A DNA stretch of 63,364 nt, filler included, from Reclinomonas americana ATCC 50394 (Eukaryota), in NCBI GenBank assembly GCA_048213135.1. It is 16 parts of 16 records of this genome, joined end to end, with 100 filler letters (N's around TTAATTAATTAA, not from the genome) between each part and the next. Parts side by side here need not be neighbours in the genome. Positions count along the whole stretch, not along the records: positions 51,099 to 54,630 come from AFZH01017702.1; positions 54,731 to 61,309 come from AFZH01017703.1; positions 61,410 to 63,364 come from AFZH01017704.1; 13 more parts are not named here. One strand, given 5' to 3'. Positions 51,362 to 63,364 of this stretch are shown here, in pieces. Made by a program: the position numbers and the translations under genes. How positions within the stretch are numbered: the stretch's first letter is position 1; every line of letters begins with the position of its first letter. The notes beneath the pieces are model-generated. The model did not search any database. It was not told the origin of the DNA and saw nothing but the letters and a program-made list of their open reading frames with translations.

Positions 51362-53411
51362 CTTGCAAAAACACGGACGGCAAGTTCGCCAATGGCACCA
51401 GTCGCGCTGCGGCTGAGAGCAGTCGTCGCATGGCGGCCTCCGTGGACGTGCCACCCACCACGGTGACGCATCCGCGTTCAATGGCACGAGTGATGCAGTC
51501 AACAATGGCCTGAGTGCCGGCGGCATACGCGGGATTCTCGTATGCTCCCATCGGTCTGCACACAGAGTGAAGGAGATGAGCGCAGCGTAAGTGGCGCGCG
51601 CACTCGTCCATTGCAATCCGGATCCGGCCGGAGCGAAGAAGGGAGGGAGCACACGCACCCGATCCAGAGAATGGTCCGCGCATTGTCGAGTGTCGAGGTG
51701 TACCGGCGGACTGTTTTGGGGCCGATATCCATGACACGGTTGTCACGTCAACAAAAAGGAGTCTTGTGCCGGGACAATGTTCGCCTGGTAGTATCGATAT
51801 CGTCAGTGTGCCCGAACTCGTCAGAATGGAGCCAGCGAACAAAGCATGCACACGCACGCACCGCTGCAGTATCCGCGGAACTGCTGCACACAAAATCCGC
51901 CGGCAGCGTCAGAGGGATGTTGTGCTGCTCGGCATGAGCGAGGAACGCGGAAATGTCGGTGGCATCCTCGGCGGACACGGCAGCGGAGCGGTGGCCAGTC
52001 GGGTTCCCTGTCTCCGCCACAGAATCGATCACCGTCTTGAATGCGGCAGCGACGTTGCCACCGAGAAGCACATGATCGCACTGATCGCCAATGTTTCGAA
52101 GAATGCGCAACTTGCTGGCAATGTCGGAACTGAACAGCGGTTGAGGCAAGGCTGTACGAGTTTCTTGCATCACGCACACACGCACCCGCCAATCACAGCA
52201 ACCACAGGGCGCGCCAGGGAGTCCACGTTGGATAGCTGCTGCGCTGCGCGCGCAGCGTCCGGGATGATCAATGAGCTGCAGATATCGAATCCGAACGTCA
52301 ATGCGCATTGTGAGGGAGAAAGAGAGCAACGAGGGAACACACCAGTAGTGACGACCAGTGCGCGACGTCGATCCACTGCGCTCACGAGGCGTCGCAGAGC
52401 CGGTCGAGTCGGCTCCTTCGCTGGCGCTGGTGCCTCTATTAATTTGATGTGCACATGTGAGCGCAACAACTGCAACAAATTGCGCACTCGCGCACCACCA
52501 CCAATCTCACACATCGATTGAGAACGCAAGGAAAATGACTGATCCCTCCGCCGTCGATGCCGCCTACAACGAGGTCGAGGCAGAGAACTTTGTGCTGGAC
52601 GAGGCCGGTGTCGAAGTGGGTGTGCCGGTGATTCTGTCGCCAGCGGGTGGGCGTGCGCCTCCATTGCCACCATCTCCCCCACCACCCGCACGCCACGCAA
52701 CAGCCGTTTCGCGCTCTGTCTCAGCGTCGCCCTCGCTGGGGCCGAGTGCATCAGCTCCTGCACAGCGCGTGGCGCCCTCCTCAGCCTCCAAGGAGGGCGG
52801 CGTGCGCAGGAGCTGGCTGCCGCTCGCGTCTGGTGCCGCCGCCAGTCTCTCAGCAAGGCATGCATGATTCTTGCACATGTGACCACTCTCAATAGCTCAC
52901 TCCTTCATCGCTTTTCCACTTTCTTTGTGTGACTCTTCCCTTCCTGACACGCCCTTTTGTCACGCACAGCACACTGGCGGTGCAGCGCGAGGGCACTGGC
53001 ATCTTTGGCACACCGAAGCTTGCGTTGCGTCTGCATTCGTGCACGTGTCCAGTGCCCCTCTCGATCTCTCTCTCTTTGGCTCACTCGCTGACTGTGTGCC
53101 CAGTCCACGCGGGTCAAGGTCACCGTACTTGTCGCCCGCTCTTCCACCAGCGATGCCACTGTTGCGTGCGACTGCTGCGCTGTGATTGTCGTGCGCGTCA
53201 GCAGTTGTCGACCGGTGCGGAATTCCGTTGAGGGAGGGCGCCCGGTGCGCAGACCACGTACAGAAGGACATGTAATGCGTTTCCCTCTCCTGCCAGCAGC
53301 AGCCGCTTCGATTTGTCGTCTGAGCAACAGCCGAAAACTGATAAACTGTACAAGCTTGATCAATGCATTGACACATGCGTCCATCAATGCGTTTTTTCCT
53401 TCTTCCTCCGC
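51362..53411 (-). CDS. Highly divergent phosphoglycerate kinase-like protein (probable pseudoenzyme); both ends uncertain
   Basis: RPVVAVIGG|SDIASKL, DHVLLGGNVAAAF, LTLPADFV, MDIGPKT, ARTILWIG|PMGAYE…AAGTQAI and VTVVGG align with the PGK C-terminal domain. Upstream exons (GKNALMDACVN) show only weak N-domain resemblance. Confidence 0.7.
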
Positions 53412-53912
53412 CTGTGCATGCTCAGGGCGTCCAGGGCAACACACAGAAGGACTGGAGTTTTACCTGACAGCATCGAAACTTTGCGTGTCCAAAACAGCAA
53501 CCGTTGCAACGTGTTGTCAAGATTCGTGAGTTCGATCGCGAGTTCGGATCCAAAACCGTCAACGTTATGGAGCAAGCGCAAGGAAACGATGTTCAGGAAG
53601 GATGATCGGGAACTGAGTGTCGGGATCCAGCCGTCGCCGCTCACGCGCGCTCATGGCCAAGGATCGATCGATTGACAAGGCGAACAAAGTTGAATTTGGT
53701 CAAATGCAAGCGATATCAGTATCGATTGTGTTTGCTGTTGCGCATGCAGCCTGCGGCTGACAGCAGGCTCCAGTACAGCACAACCACACACTGTAGCTGC
53801 GCGTGGTGAGGGTGTTCCAAACGCTGCGCTGCGCGCCTGATTGCAAGTTGTCGACTTCTCGACACTCCGGCCATTTCATGAGCAAATTCAAGTGCATTGT
53901 CTCATCGTGGCC

Positions 53913-54504
53913 ATGGTGAACGACACGGCAATCGGGTTCGTCATCTCACGTCTCCCACCCACCCACTCTCTCCCTATTGCCCCACTTCACGCACTCTCCA
54001 CTCGTGGAGCACGAGGGCAAGCGCTCTGCGTGCAATGTTCCGCACGCACACACTCACGCCGCTCACCTCTCTCCTTCTCTCACTCTCTGTGTGCAGCTAC
54101 CTTGGCGCCCTGGTGGCCATTCTCTTCTTCGGAGTTACACACTCTCTCTCCCGCGCTCGCTTCTCACACATCACATTGCTCACTCACTCATGCACCCTTT
54201 CTCTTGTCTCTCACACGCAGTCCAACTATGTCGTCGTCAAGTGGGTGAACACGGAAGACGGCTTTGTGTTCCAGGCACGTGTGTGTGAGAGAGAAGAGCG
54301 TGTCTCTCTGTCTGTCTGTCTGTCTCACTCACTCCCGACTGGTGCAGTGGCTAATGGCCACTGGCATCTTGGCCATGGGATACATTGATCAGGCCATCTC
54401 CGGCACATTCACATTCGTGGCCACGGGTATTCTGGGTGGTGGACTGTGGGCTCTCGGCAACATCTTGGTGATTCCCATTATCAAGTTGGTTGGACTCGGG
54501 CTCG
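53913..54504 (+). CDS. TMEM144: TMEM144-like DMT-superfamily membrane protein, 5' part
   Basis: IG|YLGALVAILFFG|SNYVVVK…DGFVFQ|WLM…GILGGGLWALGNILVIPIIKLVGLGLG matches TMEM144 (FGSNFVP…DGMFFQW…GGxxWATGN…PIIKxIGLGLG). Confidence 0.88.
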
Positions 54505-54730
54505 GTGAGACAACTGCGGAGGCAGAGGCAGAGTTTGAGTGAGAGGCGGGGTGAGGGGGAGTGAGGCAGGGGAGAGGGCGCCTGTGAGTAAGGAGTGACA
54601 GTTTGCAGAATCATGTCGTGGCAGATGGAGNNNNNNNNNNNNNNNNNNNNNNNNNNNNNNNNNNNNNNNNNNNNTTAATTAATTAANNNNNNNNNNNNNN
54701 NNNNNNNNNNNNNNNNNNNNNNNNNNNNNN

Positions 54731-57700
54731 TGAGAAACAGATTGCGAGGGAAAAGCAGTCGTCTGCCTACCTTGTTGCCGCCGATGCGATACAGGGTACC
54801 GCCTGCGGTCATGGCGTTGCAGGTCTCGAAGCGAGCGTGGAAGGGGACTGTGTTGTTCAGAGGCATACGCAGTGAGCAAGTCTGGAGCATGATTCAATCG
54901 CTGGCCGTGCGACTCACATGTGGCATTGTTGGTCGGCACCTGCGTCTGTGTGAATGTCTCCGTGGCTGCGCGTGAGGGACAAGTGATCAGTTGACTGCGC
55001 ACGCTGCTGACATCAACACGTGCGCAGCGGGACGTACCGCAATCAAACACGAGTCGCTCGCCGAGAACTTGGTTGGTGGTCTTGCTGACGCCGCCAAAGA
55101 TCCATACTTGGTTGGCATACTCAAACGCGGCCGCCTGGATGCGCGCGTACGGCGTCGACGAGGTCACAGTGGACCACGTGTTGGAGCCTGCAGTATCGAG
55201 AATGAGCGTATGCGCGGGAGAGTGAGAGAGACGGAGACTACCCCTCCCGCTTCATACCGATTGAGTATTTCAGCAAATCCGTCAGCACAGTGCCACTGCT
55301 GGAGACACCGCCCAACACGTAGATGGAGGTGGTGGAGGAGCAGGCAAACACAGTGGCGTCGACTCGTGCCGACGGCGCGTTGGCCAGGCGTGTGGCGGTG
55401 ACTGTTCCGGCGCCCGATGCGTTGAATGACCACAGCTCGTTGAGTGGTGCCTCACCCGAACTGAGTCCACCAAAAATGTAAATGAGCGTGCCCACCACCA
55501 CGGTTGAGTGCCGGTACCGCGCCGACACAGACGTGCTGAAGGTGGTAGTTGACCACGTGCTGGTTCCTGCGGCAAGTAATGTGAGCAACAGCGACTCTTC
55601 TGCTCGTCAACAGACCAGCAATAGCACGAACCAAAACTGAAGCGCCACACGCTGCTCAGCACGCCAAAGCTCGTCGACCCAGGGCAATGGTACGGGGGTG
55701 TGTTCTGCACGCAGTCGGTGGTCGTCCCGCGACCGCCAAAGAGGAACAACTCGTCGCGCGACGGATTCATCACCAGAGTGTGGCCGGTACGCGGTCCGGG
55801 AGTAGAGGCGCTGGACGAGCATCCGGTGGGTGCCAGCACTCGCCACGTCTCTGCAAGTGGAGCAACACAACATGAGAGGACGCCTCCTGTCATGCCGTGA
55901 AGGGGTGAGGGGAGACGAAACGGCTGACGGTATTGTACGCCCACAGCCGAGGGTCGGCTGCGAACTCTTGCGTCGAATCACCGCCAAACAGCACAAGATC
56001 ATTGCTGCTGCTGCGGAGGGCGAGACCACACATGGCGCGTGTGAGCGTCGGTGATGTCCACACGTCAGTGCCAGCTGTGATGGGATAGCACGTGCAATAT
56101 GAGGACAAAGAACAACTTTTTGGTGGTGAATGCAGCAACGCAACAGAACGGGCCGTAGTAGGAACCGTACGCGCTGACTGAGGCACCAATGGCAGAGCGC
56201 ACACGAATGCGGTAGGCGTACAGGTCTGCGCACAGTACATCGGTGAGCGAGTTTGTCTTGTAAGCGAGTACCGTTGACGTGAGGAGACGCAACACTGCGC
56301 CGGGATCTTGACTGGAATCGGAGTGCCGTTCGGTGGCGCACTAATGCCAGTCTGCTGATTGATGTACACGGAGCTGCATGCACCGAGAAAAAAATCAGCC
56401 TTGGGGAGAACTATTATGTGCTTCGAGTATCCATCAAACGCACACAGCAGTGAGAGCAGTGCTGTCGGCACAGCTCAGCTCAATGTCCAATCGCGTCAGC
56501 AGCGATACGTTGAGACCGATCGGTGCCAGTACGTTGAATTCCATCGTCGGCTGGTCGTAGAATGCCGTGGAGCCCACATGTCGACTAAAGTATGCCGGTG
56601 GTACGTGCGACACAAACGTGACCGAGGCGCTGTCAAGGTTCATTGGCGCCGGCACTGCAATGTGTGCACACTGGTGAGCAACAAAATTGGAGGCGCAACT
56701 GGTAACACGGAGTCCGTGCACGCACATGTAATCAACGCTGCGACAGAGGAAAATGCAGAGGATGAGAATGTAAGCGAGAGAGCAGCAAGCGCAAGGAACG
56801 CAAAAAAACTCACCATTAACGGTGAAAGATGCCGTTGTGCCAAACACATCGGAGATGCTGCTGGAGACCTGTGTGATGTCGTTGGACTTGAGGCGCACCT
56901 CCACCGTGTGCCCTGCAAAGTGCGCAACACAAGCGTTGGTCTCACAAAGGTGGCGATGAGTGCGATCGTCGCAGCTCACCAGCTCCAGAATACGGATAGC
57001 TGAGTGCCAGCGTGTAGTTGACCGTGTTGACGGTGCCGGCCGGCGAGCATGTCGGCGTGACTGATCCCAACAGTGTGCTGTTACTGCCCTGCTTGAGGTA
57101 AATGTCGGCGCCAATGTATCCGCTGCTGTTGTCAGGCGCACTGCACGTGTAGGTGACGGTGTTGCCGAGGCTGACGACCCACGGTGTGGTCGTGAGGGTG
57201 ACGCTGGTGATGGCGGGATCTGCGTGCGATCCCCCCCACGTAAGGTGCGACGCGAAGAAAGGCACACTCTCCAGTTGACACGCAACTCAAGTACTGGAAG
57301 TTGCTGCTCGAGTCGAGATATCGGAAAGACACTGTGTCTTGCAAGCGCAGTGTGTAGTTTGTGCCGGACACGGCCGACGTGCTGGACGTCAGTGTCGATA
57401 CGGTGACGGGGGTCACCGACGGCCTGTACGCATGACCAAAGTTAGGCTCGCAATGCAGCGATCGGTGACTTCTCGACACAGAGAGAGACGCAGCTGGAAG
57501 GTGGACGAAGGGTTGAACGTGATGGCCGGAGAGCACATGGCATTGCATGCCGGTGTGACGGCCACCAGCTGAATGGAGCCGGGCTTGTTGCCGACAGTGA
57601 ACTGTGCTCAAATATCACGCGATACACATACAGTGAGATTCTCGTGTTGCAAAAGGCTGACCTGCAAGTGATTCACGCACCGACGACGTGAACGGGAAAT

Positions 57701-58980
57701 AGTTCCACACAGGGGTCGGCACCGGGGTGGTGTACGCGACTGTGACATCACGGTTTCAGCAAGCCATCTACAAGCACACGAATAAACAGGCAAGAAACGC
57801 AACGAGTCGGCGTCGACGACGTGCACACGCTGTTGAGCACTGGGCGGAAACAAAAAAAGGCATGAGCAGTGTGACACGACCAGCTGGCCTACGACGACCC
57901 CACATACACGCAACTGCTGTCGAGTTGCGATGCCAGCGTGGAGGCCAGTTGCGAGGGATCCACCGGCGGCACCGACACGTACAGCGGCACACCCGTGATG
58001 GGGTCGGGGGAAGCGTACGGAATCATCTCTTGGTTCACAAACGTGTTCAGCGCAAACGCATCCACTTGCGACTCGATGCCGACCGTGGCCACGAAAATGT
58101 TGCTGTTCTTGAGAGCAGTGGCCGCGGCGACAGCGCGGTCCTTCAAGGTGACGTACTCGGGGACTGCGTGTGTGTGTGCGCAAGGAGCATGTTGAGGAAT
58201 CGAAATTGCAAAGCAAGAATTCGTATACACGAAACAGTCGGTCGGGTTTGTGTTGACAATGTACGAGAAGCCGCTGGGGTCGTCGCACACGTTGCGCACA
58301 TCGGCAAAGAACGCCTCACAGCGGTTAAAGTTGCTGGAGACAAAGATGAGGAACTTGCTGGCACTGGGGCGCACCGAGGGATCCGTGTCGAAAAAGTTCT
58401 GCCCACGCACAACGTGAGAAGAGGAGTGGCAAAGGAAAAGAAAAAAGAGAGACGCACCTTGGCCCACTCGAGCGCCAAGTACGCCGCCGTGTTGGCACTG
58501 CCAATGCGGTCGGTGACAGCGGTATCCAACGCCGGCTTCACCACATTGGCGAGGAACGTGGCGGGATTGTCGGTGGGGAAACTGGCCGTGTTTGGTCGCA
58601 GCGAGAAGCCCGTCGTCGAGCGCGTATCGACAGCCGCACTGAACGGCTGCAGCACCCAGTTCGGATCGTAGCTGCCAGTGGGATACGAAACATCGTCGCT
58701 GGGTGCAGACCCTGTACATCGGAAAGGCAGTGAGTGTGACAACAAAAGGCACACTAACTGTGCACAGGCAGTAGTAACATTGTCGAATGGACAGGTGCTG
58801 CTGCGTAAAGTCCAACGAGCTGGCAAAGTTGTAGATCCAGTTGGGCACCACGTCGGGCACACCAGACAAGTTCTCCGATCCTGTACATGTGTGAACACGG
58901 CGAGGGGGAGTGAGAACACAATCACTCACTCACTGCACACTACTCTTTGTCTCTCTCTCTCTCTCTCTCTCTCTCATCTC

Positions 58981-59015
<35 letters not shown>

Positions 59016-59148
59016 GACTGTCTGACTCACCATCGAATAACACCAGGATGTCGACCTTGGCCAGTGGACACAACAGTGCAGCATACACTCGTGTGGACAT
59101 CACCAGCAGGAGGCATACCACAACGAGAGTCACTCGTCGCGACACCAT
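54731..59148 (-). CDS. Secreted/cell-surface protein: signal peptide + vWA domain + Ser/Thr-rich beta domains + Kelch repeats; 3' part in gap
   Basis: MVSRRVTLVVVCLLLVMSTRVYA. vWA: VDILVLFD|GSEN…ANTAAYLALEWAK…KFLIFVS…ALKNSNIFVATVGI. Kelch: LVLFGG, PRTGHTL…LFLFGG, ARYRHSTVVVGTLIYIFGG…ELWSFN, IYVLGG and VWIFGG. Confidence 0.8.
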
Positions 59149-59770
59149 TCTTCTCACGCAGAACACTCCGGACACTGTCGGAAAAACGCAAGATGCACGC
59201 AGCCTGTGTGCGCGTGTGCGTGCGTGAGTGTGTGTTCTCTCTTTGTGTCAGTCTGCGTCTCTCTTGCGCAAAGAGGGAGAGTGTGGATGCTTGAGCGAGA
59301 AAAAGGCGATGACTGCGAGAGCCGCCGTGTCCGTTGATGACAACTGCATGGCAATACACGAGCACAACGAAAGGCCACAGTCACCACTGTTTTTTGTTGC
59401 TTAAGAACAGCGAGCAGAAGTCACTGTGTGACGATGAAAGCAATGACTGCATGCAGAAGAGTTAGACGTCGACTTGAAATCAATGCATATGCCGACGTCG
59501 ACCTCAAGATCGATGCTGCAACTTTTGCTGACTCCGCTGCAAGCAACAGCTACAACACATGCACTCTAAGGCCAAGAATAAAAGCAGGCATTCACAGCAT
59601 GCACAGCGACAACTGGACAATGTCTGACAATGATCAACGTCGACGCCTTGCCTCGCACCCTCTCTCTTTCTAGTTGTGCCTATCGGTAACTGCCTCTCTA
59701 CACTCGCTTGGCGACCACATCCATACTCTCAGTTCTTTACACAAACAACGCCTCATGATCAGTCGACGCC

Positions 59771-60040
59771 CACCATCAACACCAAAAATGAAAATGTCAT
59801 CTCTCATTTGCTCCACTCTTCGAAGCGCAACAAGAAGAGACGATCGCGGACGGACACACAGTAATAAGAAAGAGCAGTAAAAAAAACCTTCACGACCTCT
59901 TCAACAACGCTGTCCACCATCAACAACCAAAAAAGAAAATGTCATCTTCTCTCATTTGCTCCACTCTTCGCAGCGCAACAAGAAGAGACGATCGCTGACG
60001 GACACAGTAAACAAAAAAAGAGCTAAGGTAAAAACCCCCA
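59771..60040. repeat. ~145-bp tandem duplication in intergenic/3'-UTR DNA
   Basis: CACCATCAAC…GAAAATGTCATC…TCTCATTTGCTCCACTCTTCG(A/C)AGCGCAACAAGAAGAGACGATCGC at ~59771 and ~59915. Confidence 0.85.
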
Positions 60041-60095
60041 ATCAACGCTGTACAACAACAACAACCCTCTAAAGAAGAAACACAAACTTCCGATC

Positions 60096-60662
60096 TCACA
60101 CGGCAATGGGCGTATTCGGAATGCGAGTTCCCGGTGGCGCTGTCTCCATAAATGCCGGCATGCTATGATGCGTGCGGTGATCGATGCGCGCTGGTTGAAT
60201 GAACGGCCTGTGCGTGTGTGTGAAAGAGAGTGAGTGTGAGTGCGAGTGGGCAAGATATCGGATCATCATGAGTGACGCAACTCCAATCGTGGTGCGTCGA
60301 CCACCAATGTGATCAGCAGAGTGGCGCCCACAAGGAACACAGAGCCGACCACCCAGTGCACTGAACCGAAGAAGTCGCGATTGAACTGTGTGTGTACGAG
60401 TGTGTTAGAGAGTGAGAGGCGTTTCATAGGGCTCTCGCAGACAATAATCGAGCCCTCTCCTTTTCTCGCATGTGTGTGACAAGAAGAGAGAGAGAGAGAG
60501 AGAGAGAGTGTGTGTGTGTGTGTGTGAGGATAACCTTACCTGAGTAAACGAGGAGGCCGGCACCAGCGAGCGCATCAGTGTGTAAAACACAAAGCCCGTC
60601 CATAATATCAGCACACACGCAATCGACACAAACACCGCCTTCCATCGCGTATGAAACCCCAT
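60096..60662 (-). CDS. Small two-TM hypothetical membrane protein
   Basis: MGFHTRWKAVFVSIACVLILWTGFVFYTL…FTQ|FNRDFFGSVHWVVGSVFLVGATLLITLVV…LE|PFIQ…PIAV*. The third exon is inferred from the GTTGCG donor at 60281. Confidence 0.6.
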
Positions 60663-60796
60663 CTTTCTCTCTCGTGCTCTCCAACACACTCGACGATCAG
60701 TTGGCGCGCTTTCTCTCGCACAAAGAGTGATTTCCGACGAGGGTTACCGCCTTGCAATTGTGTGTGCTGCGGGCAACGGTGACCCGACTTTGGTGA

Positions 60797-63304
60797 ATGG
60801 CCGACGAGGGAAGGTCTGTGGTGCCACTCTCCACTCTGTGTCTCTCTTGCTTGCTCGCTTGCTTGTTGTCTGCGTCTCTCGTTTCCGCGTTGTTTGCGTT
60901 GTTGTCGTGCGTGACATGTCCACTCACACTTTGACACACAACACACAGACGACGATCAAGTCGTCGCTCAGCAGCAGCAGGCAGTGAGCCTCCACCACCA
61001 CCACCACCAGCAGCAGCATCCACACGTCGCGGTCGCGGTGCATCGCGGAAACGTAAGTGCACGTGTGAGTCACACACACTCTGTCTCTCTCTGCTCGTCA
61101 CACTCACGCGCACGCGCTGGCAACACAGAGGACGATGATGTTGAGATGCACGCAGCGCCGGTAGAGAGCGTAGAGGCGCCGGCAATGGAGAGCAGCAGCG
61201 CGGGTGAGATTTCATTGTCGATTGAGGAGACCAACAAGATGCGCGCCAAGCTCGGCCTCAAGCCGCTGCGTGTGGATCCTGCGCCTTCTGCTGCTGCTGC
61301 TGCTGCTCCNNNNNNNNNNNNNNNNNNNNNNNNNNNNNNNNNNNNNNNNNNNNTTAATTAATTAANNNNNNNNNNNNNNNNNNNNNNNNNNNNNNNNNNN
61401 NNNNNNNNNTCTCTCTCTCTCTCTCCTTGCACCTTCACTCCCTGTCTCCCTCCCTTTCACCTTCACTCGCTTCCTTCCCCTCTCTGCATTCTTCTCTTTG
61501 TGCCTCACTCTCTCCCCTCCCTCACACACTTTCTCTTTCTATCCCTCCCTCCCTCCCTCTCTGCATCTGACTCCCTGTCTGTCACCCAGAAACTCGTCGG
61601 CGACGACGACGACGACGACATCAAGAACTGGTTGCAGAAGAGCCGACGCATGGAGGTCTGTGGACTGAGCAATGCGCGCTTGCATGCTTGCCGTGCCGAT
61701 GCTCATGTGTGATGCACAAAAAACAAAAAAACAGGAGGAGCGCAAGCAGGCAGAGGAGGCGCGCAGAAAGCAAAAGAAGAAGCACGATGAGGAGGACGAG
61801 GATGATGACGACGATGACGACGAGGAAGGAGGAGGGTCGCGAGGCGGACGGGGTCTGTCGGGTTTGAAGGTCGCGCACAAGATGGATACGGTGGCGGGTG
61901 GCGACGAGGTCATTCTCACGCTCCGCGACTCGTCCATTATCGACGGCGAGAAGTTGAATGAGAGTTGCGAAATCATCCCTTGCTGCATCCGTGGTCGCGG
62001 ACGTGCGTCGCTGACTCTGCGTGCGCGCCACAGATGAGGACGAGCTGGAGAATCCGCTGTTGGTCGAAGCCGAAAAGGCACAATGGAAGAAGAAGCAGAA
62101 GGATCTGGTCGCTCGCGGCGGTTACAATGCCGTGGAGGAGTACGAGCAGGGTCCGTCGCGCGCCCTTCTCTCGCAGTACGACGATCAGAATCGGGAGTTT
62201 ACACGTGAGGTGTGTTTCATTTCGTGCACCTTTCTTGGGGCGTCCCTCACGCACGGTTCGTACAGTCGTTCCGGCTCGGCGGAGAAGAGACGTCGGAGGA
62301 GGCAAAGCAGAAGCGCCTGGCGGCCGTTCGCGCCAAGTTGCTCGGCTCCAAGGCCATGTCTTCGGCGCCCACTGGTCCGTCGCGAGATGTGTTGGAGGCG
62401 GTGAGTTTTCCGCTACTCCTTCCACCTCCCTGCACGCGTGCGTCTCTCGTACTCATCTTAAATGCAACCGTGTTTCGCAGACTGGTGGTGAGGTTGTTGT
62501 GCAGGAGTCCGCCGACGGAAAGCGTGCAGTCAAGCTGAAGTACTCGTTGGAGGACTCGCGTTGCGTGAAAGAATTCGCTCATTTTTCATGTGACCGCCCG
62601 CTTCCGTGCGCACTCACCTGCGTGTCTCCCGTACAGAACCGACCATGGCACGCGATTACTACACGGTGGAGGAAATGTCACAGTTCAAGAAGAAGCGTGT
62701 GAAGGTTCGAGTTGCAACTGTACCGCGGACACATTTTTCAGTTGGTTTCTCATTGCGGGTGAGAGAGCAGAAGGTGAAGAAGAAGAAGAAGGCGAGCAGC
62801 ACGCTGGAGGAGTTGGACGATATGCTGCCGGAGACCACTGCTGCGGATCATGGCAGTCGCAAGAGTCGTGGTGGGCACGTGAGCAAGCAGCGTGCCGCTG
62901 AGGACGCACTGAACGAGGAGCGGCAAGCGGCATATGCGTTTGCTGTACGCAAGAAGGAGGCGGCTGCGCGTGAGAAGCTGCGTGTCGATGACGACGACGA
63001 CTCGCCGCAGCTGTCGCGTCGCTTGCAGAATCTTGGTGCAGGTGGACCCAAGGGCGACGAGCGTCTTGCCATGCTCGGTGAGTGGCGCTTTGTCATGGTT
63101 TGTTGTTGGCATTCACTCACGTACATTTGCCATGCACATGCAGTGTCGGCGTCTGCACCGGCGGAGAGCATGGATCAAGATGGCGATGGAGACGACGGCG
63201 GACTGGTGTTGGACCCCACCGACGAGTTTGCTCGCTCGCTTCCGACGTTGGCCGGCCTGCAGGATAAGAAGAAGGAGGAGGACGAAGTCGCTGCGCAGAA
63301 CCAG
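60797..63304 (+). CDS. SART1: U4/U6.U5 tri-snRNP protein SART1/Snu66 (continues beyond window)
   Basis: HIND motif GEISLSIEETNKMRAKLGLKPL, plus LSGLKVAH, VILTLRDSSII, EDELEN, LLSQYDD, DYYTVEEMSQFKKK and GLVLDPTDEFARSL. Confidence 0.95.
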
Positions 63305-63364
63305 GTACGCGTGGACAGTGTCCTCCCTCGTTCATCCATCCACCACCGCCTTACCCCCCTATTT

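Noticed and set aside
57790..57915. Second microexon (11-13 nt, TGCTCAACAGC…) in the vWA-Kelch gene
   Set aside because: Plausible from intron spacing, but several phase combinations fit and no conserved motif decides between them.

Overview
Gene-dense, intron-rich eukaryotic scaffold (GC-rich, microsatellite-laden, most introns about 55-90 nt with CTSAC/CTAAC-type branch points), probably from a flagellated protist. It has 15 scaffold gaps, each filled with an artificial 44N-TTAATTAATTAA-44N linker; several genes continue across these gaps. About 25 spliced genes could be read by hand: TTC12-like, ENT transporter, RRM protein, DAD1/OST2, Rab8, two secreted beta-propeller paralogs, a fucosyltransferase-like gene, MCM8, TPRKB/Cgi121, an M13 peptidase, a HEAT/ARM orphan, a SHIPPO-like protein, a PH-TH1-RUN protein, a methyltransferase, a P2C ATPase, a PGK-like gene, TMEM144, a vWA-Kelch protein and SART1. 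The most notable signals are: (1) a frequent atypical 5' splice site GTTGCG(T), the usual GTGCGT donor with one extra base, at about 20 donors; (2) a predicted 3-nt microexon that restores the conserved motif of the M13 peptidase; (3) a tandemly duplicated secreted protein built from bacterial-style modules (7-repeat propeller, Cys-rich repeats, lamin-tail domain); (4) a P2C ATPase lacking the M4 PEG glutamate; and (5) a probably inactive PGK. Gene models were built by eye and have no transcript support.
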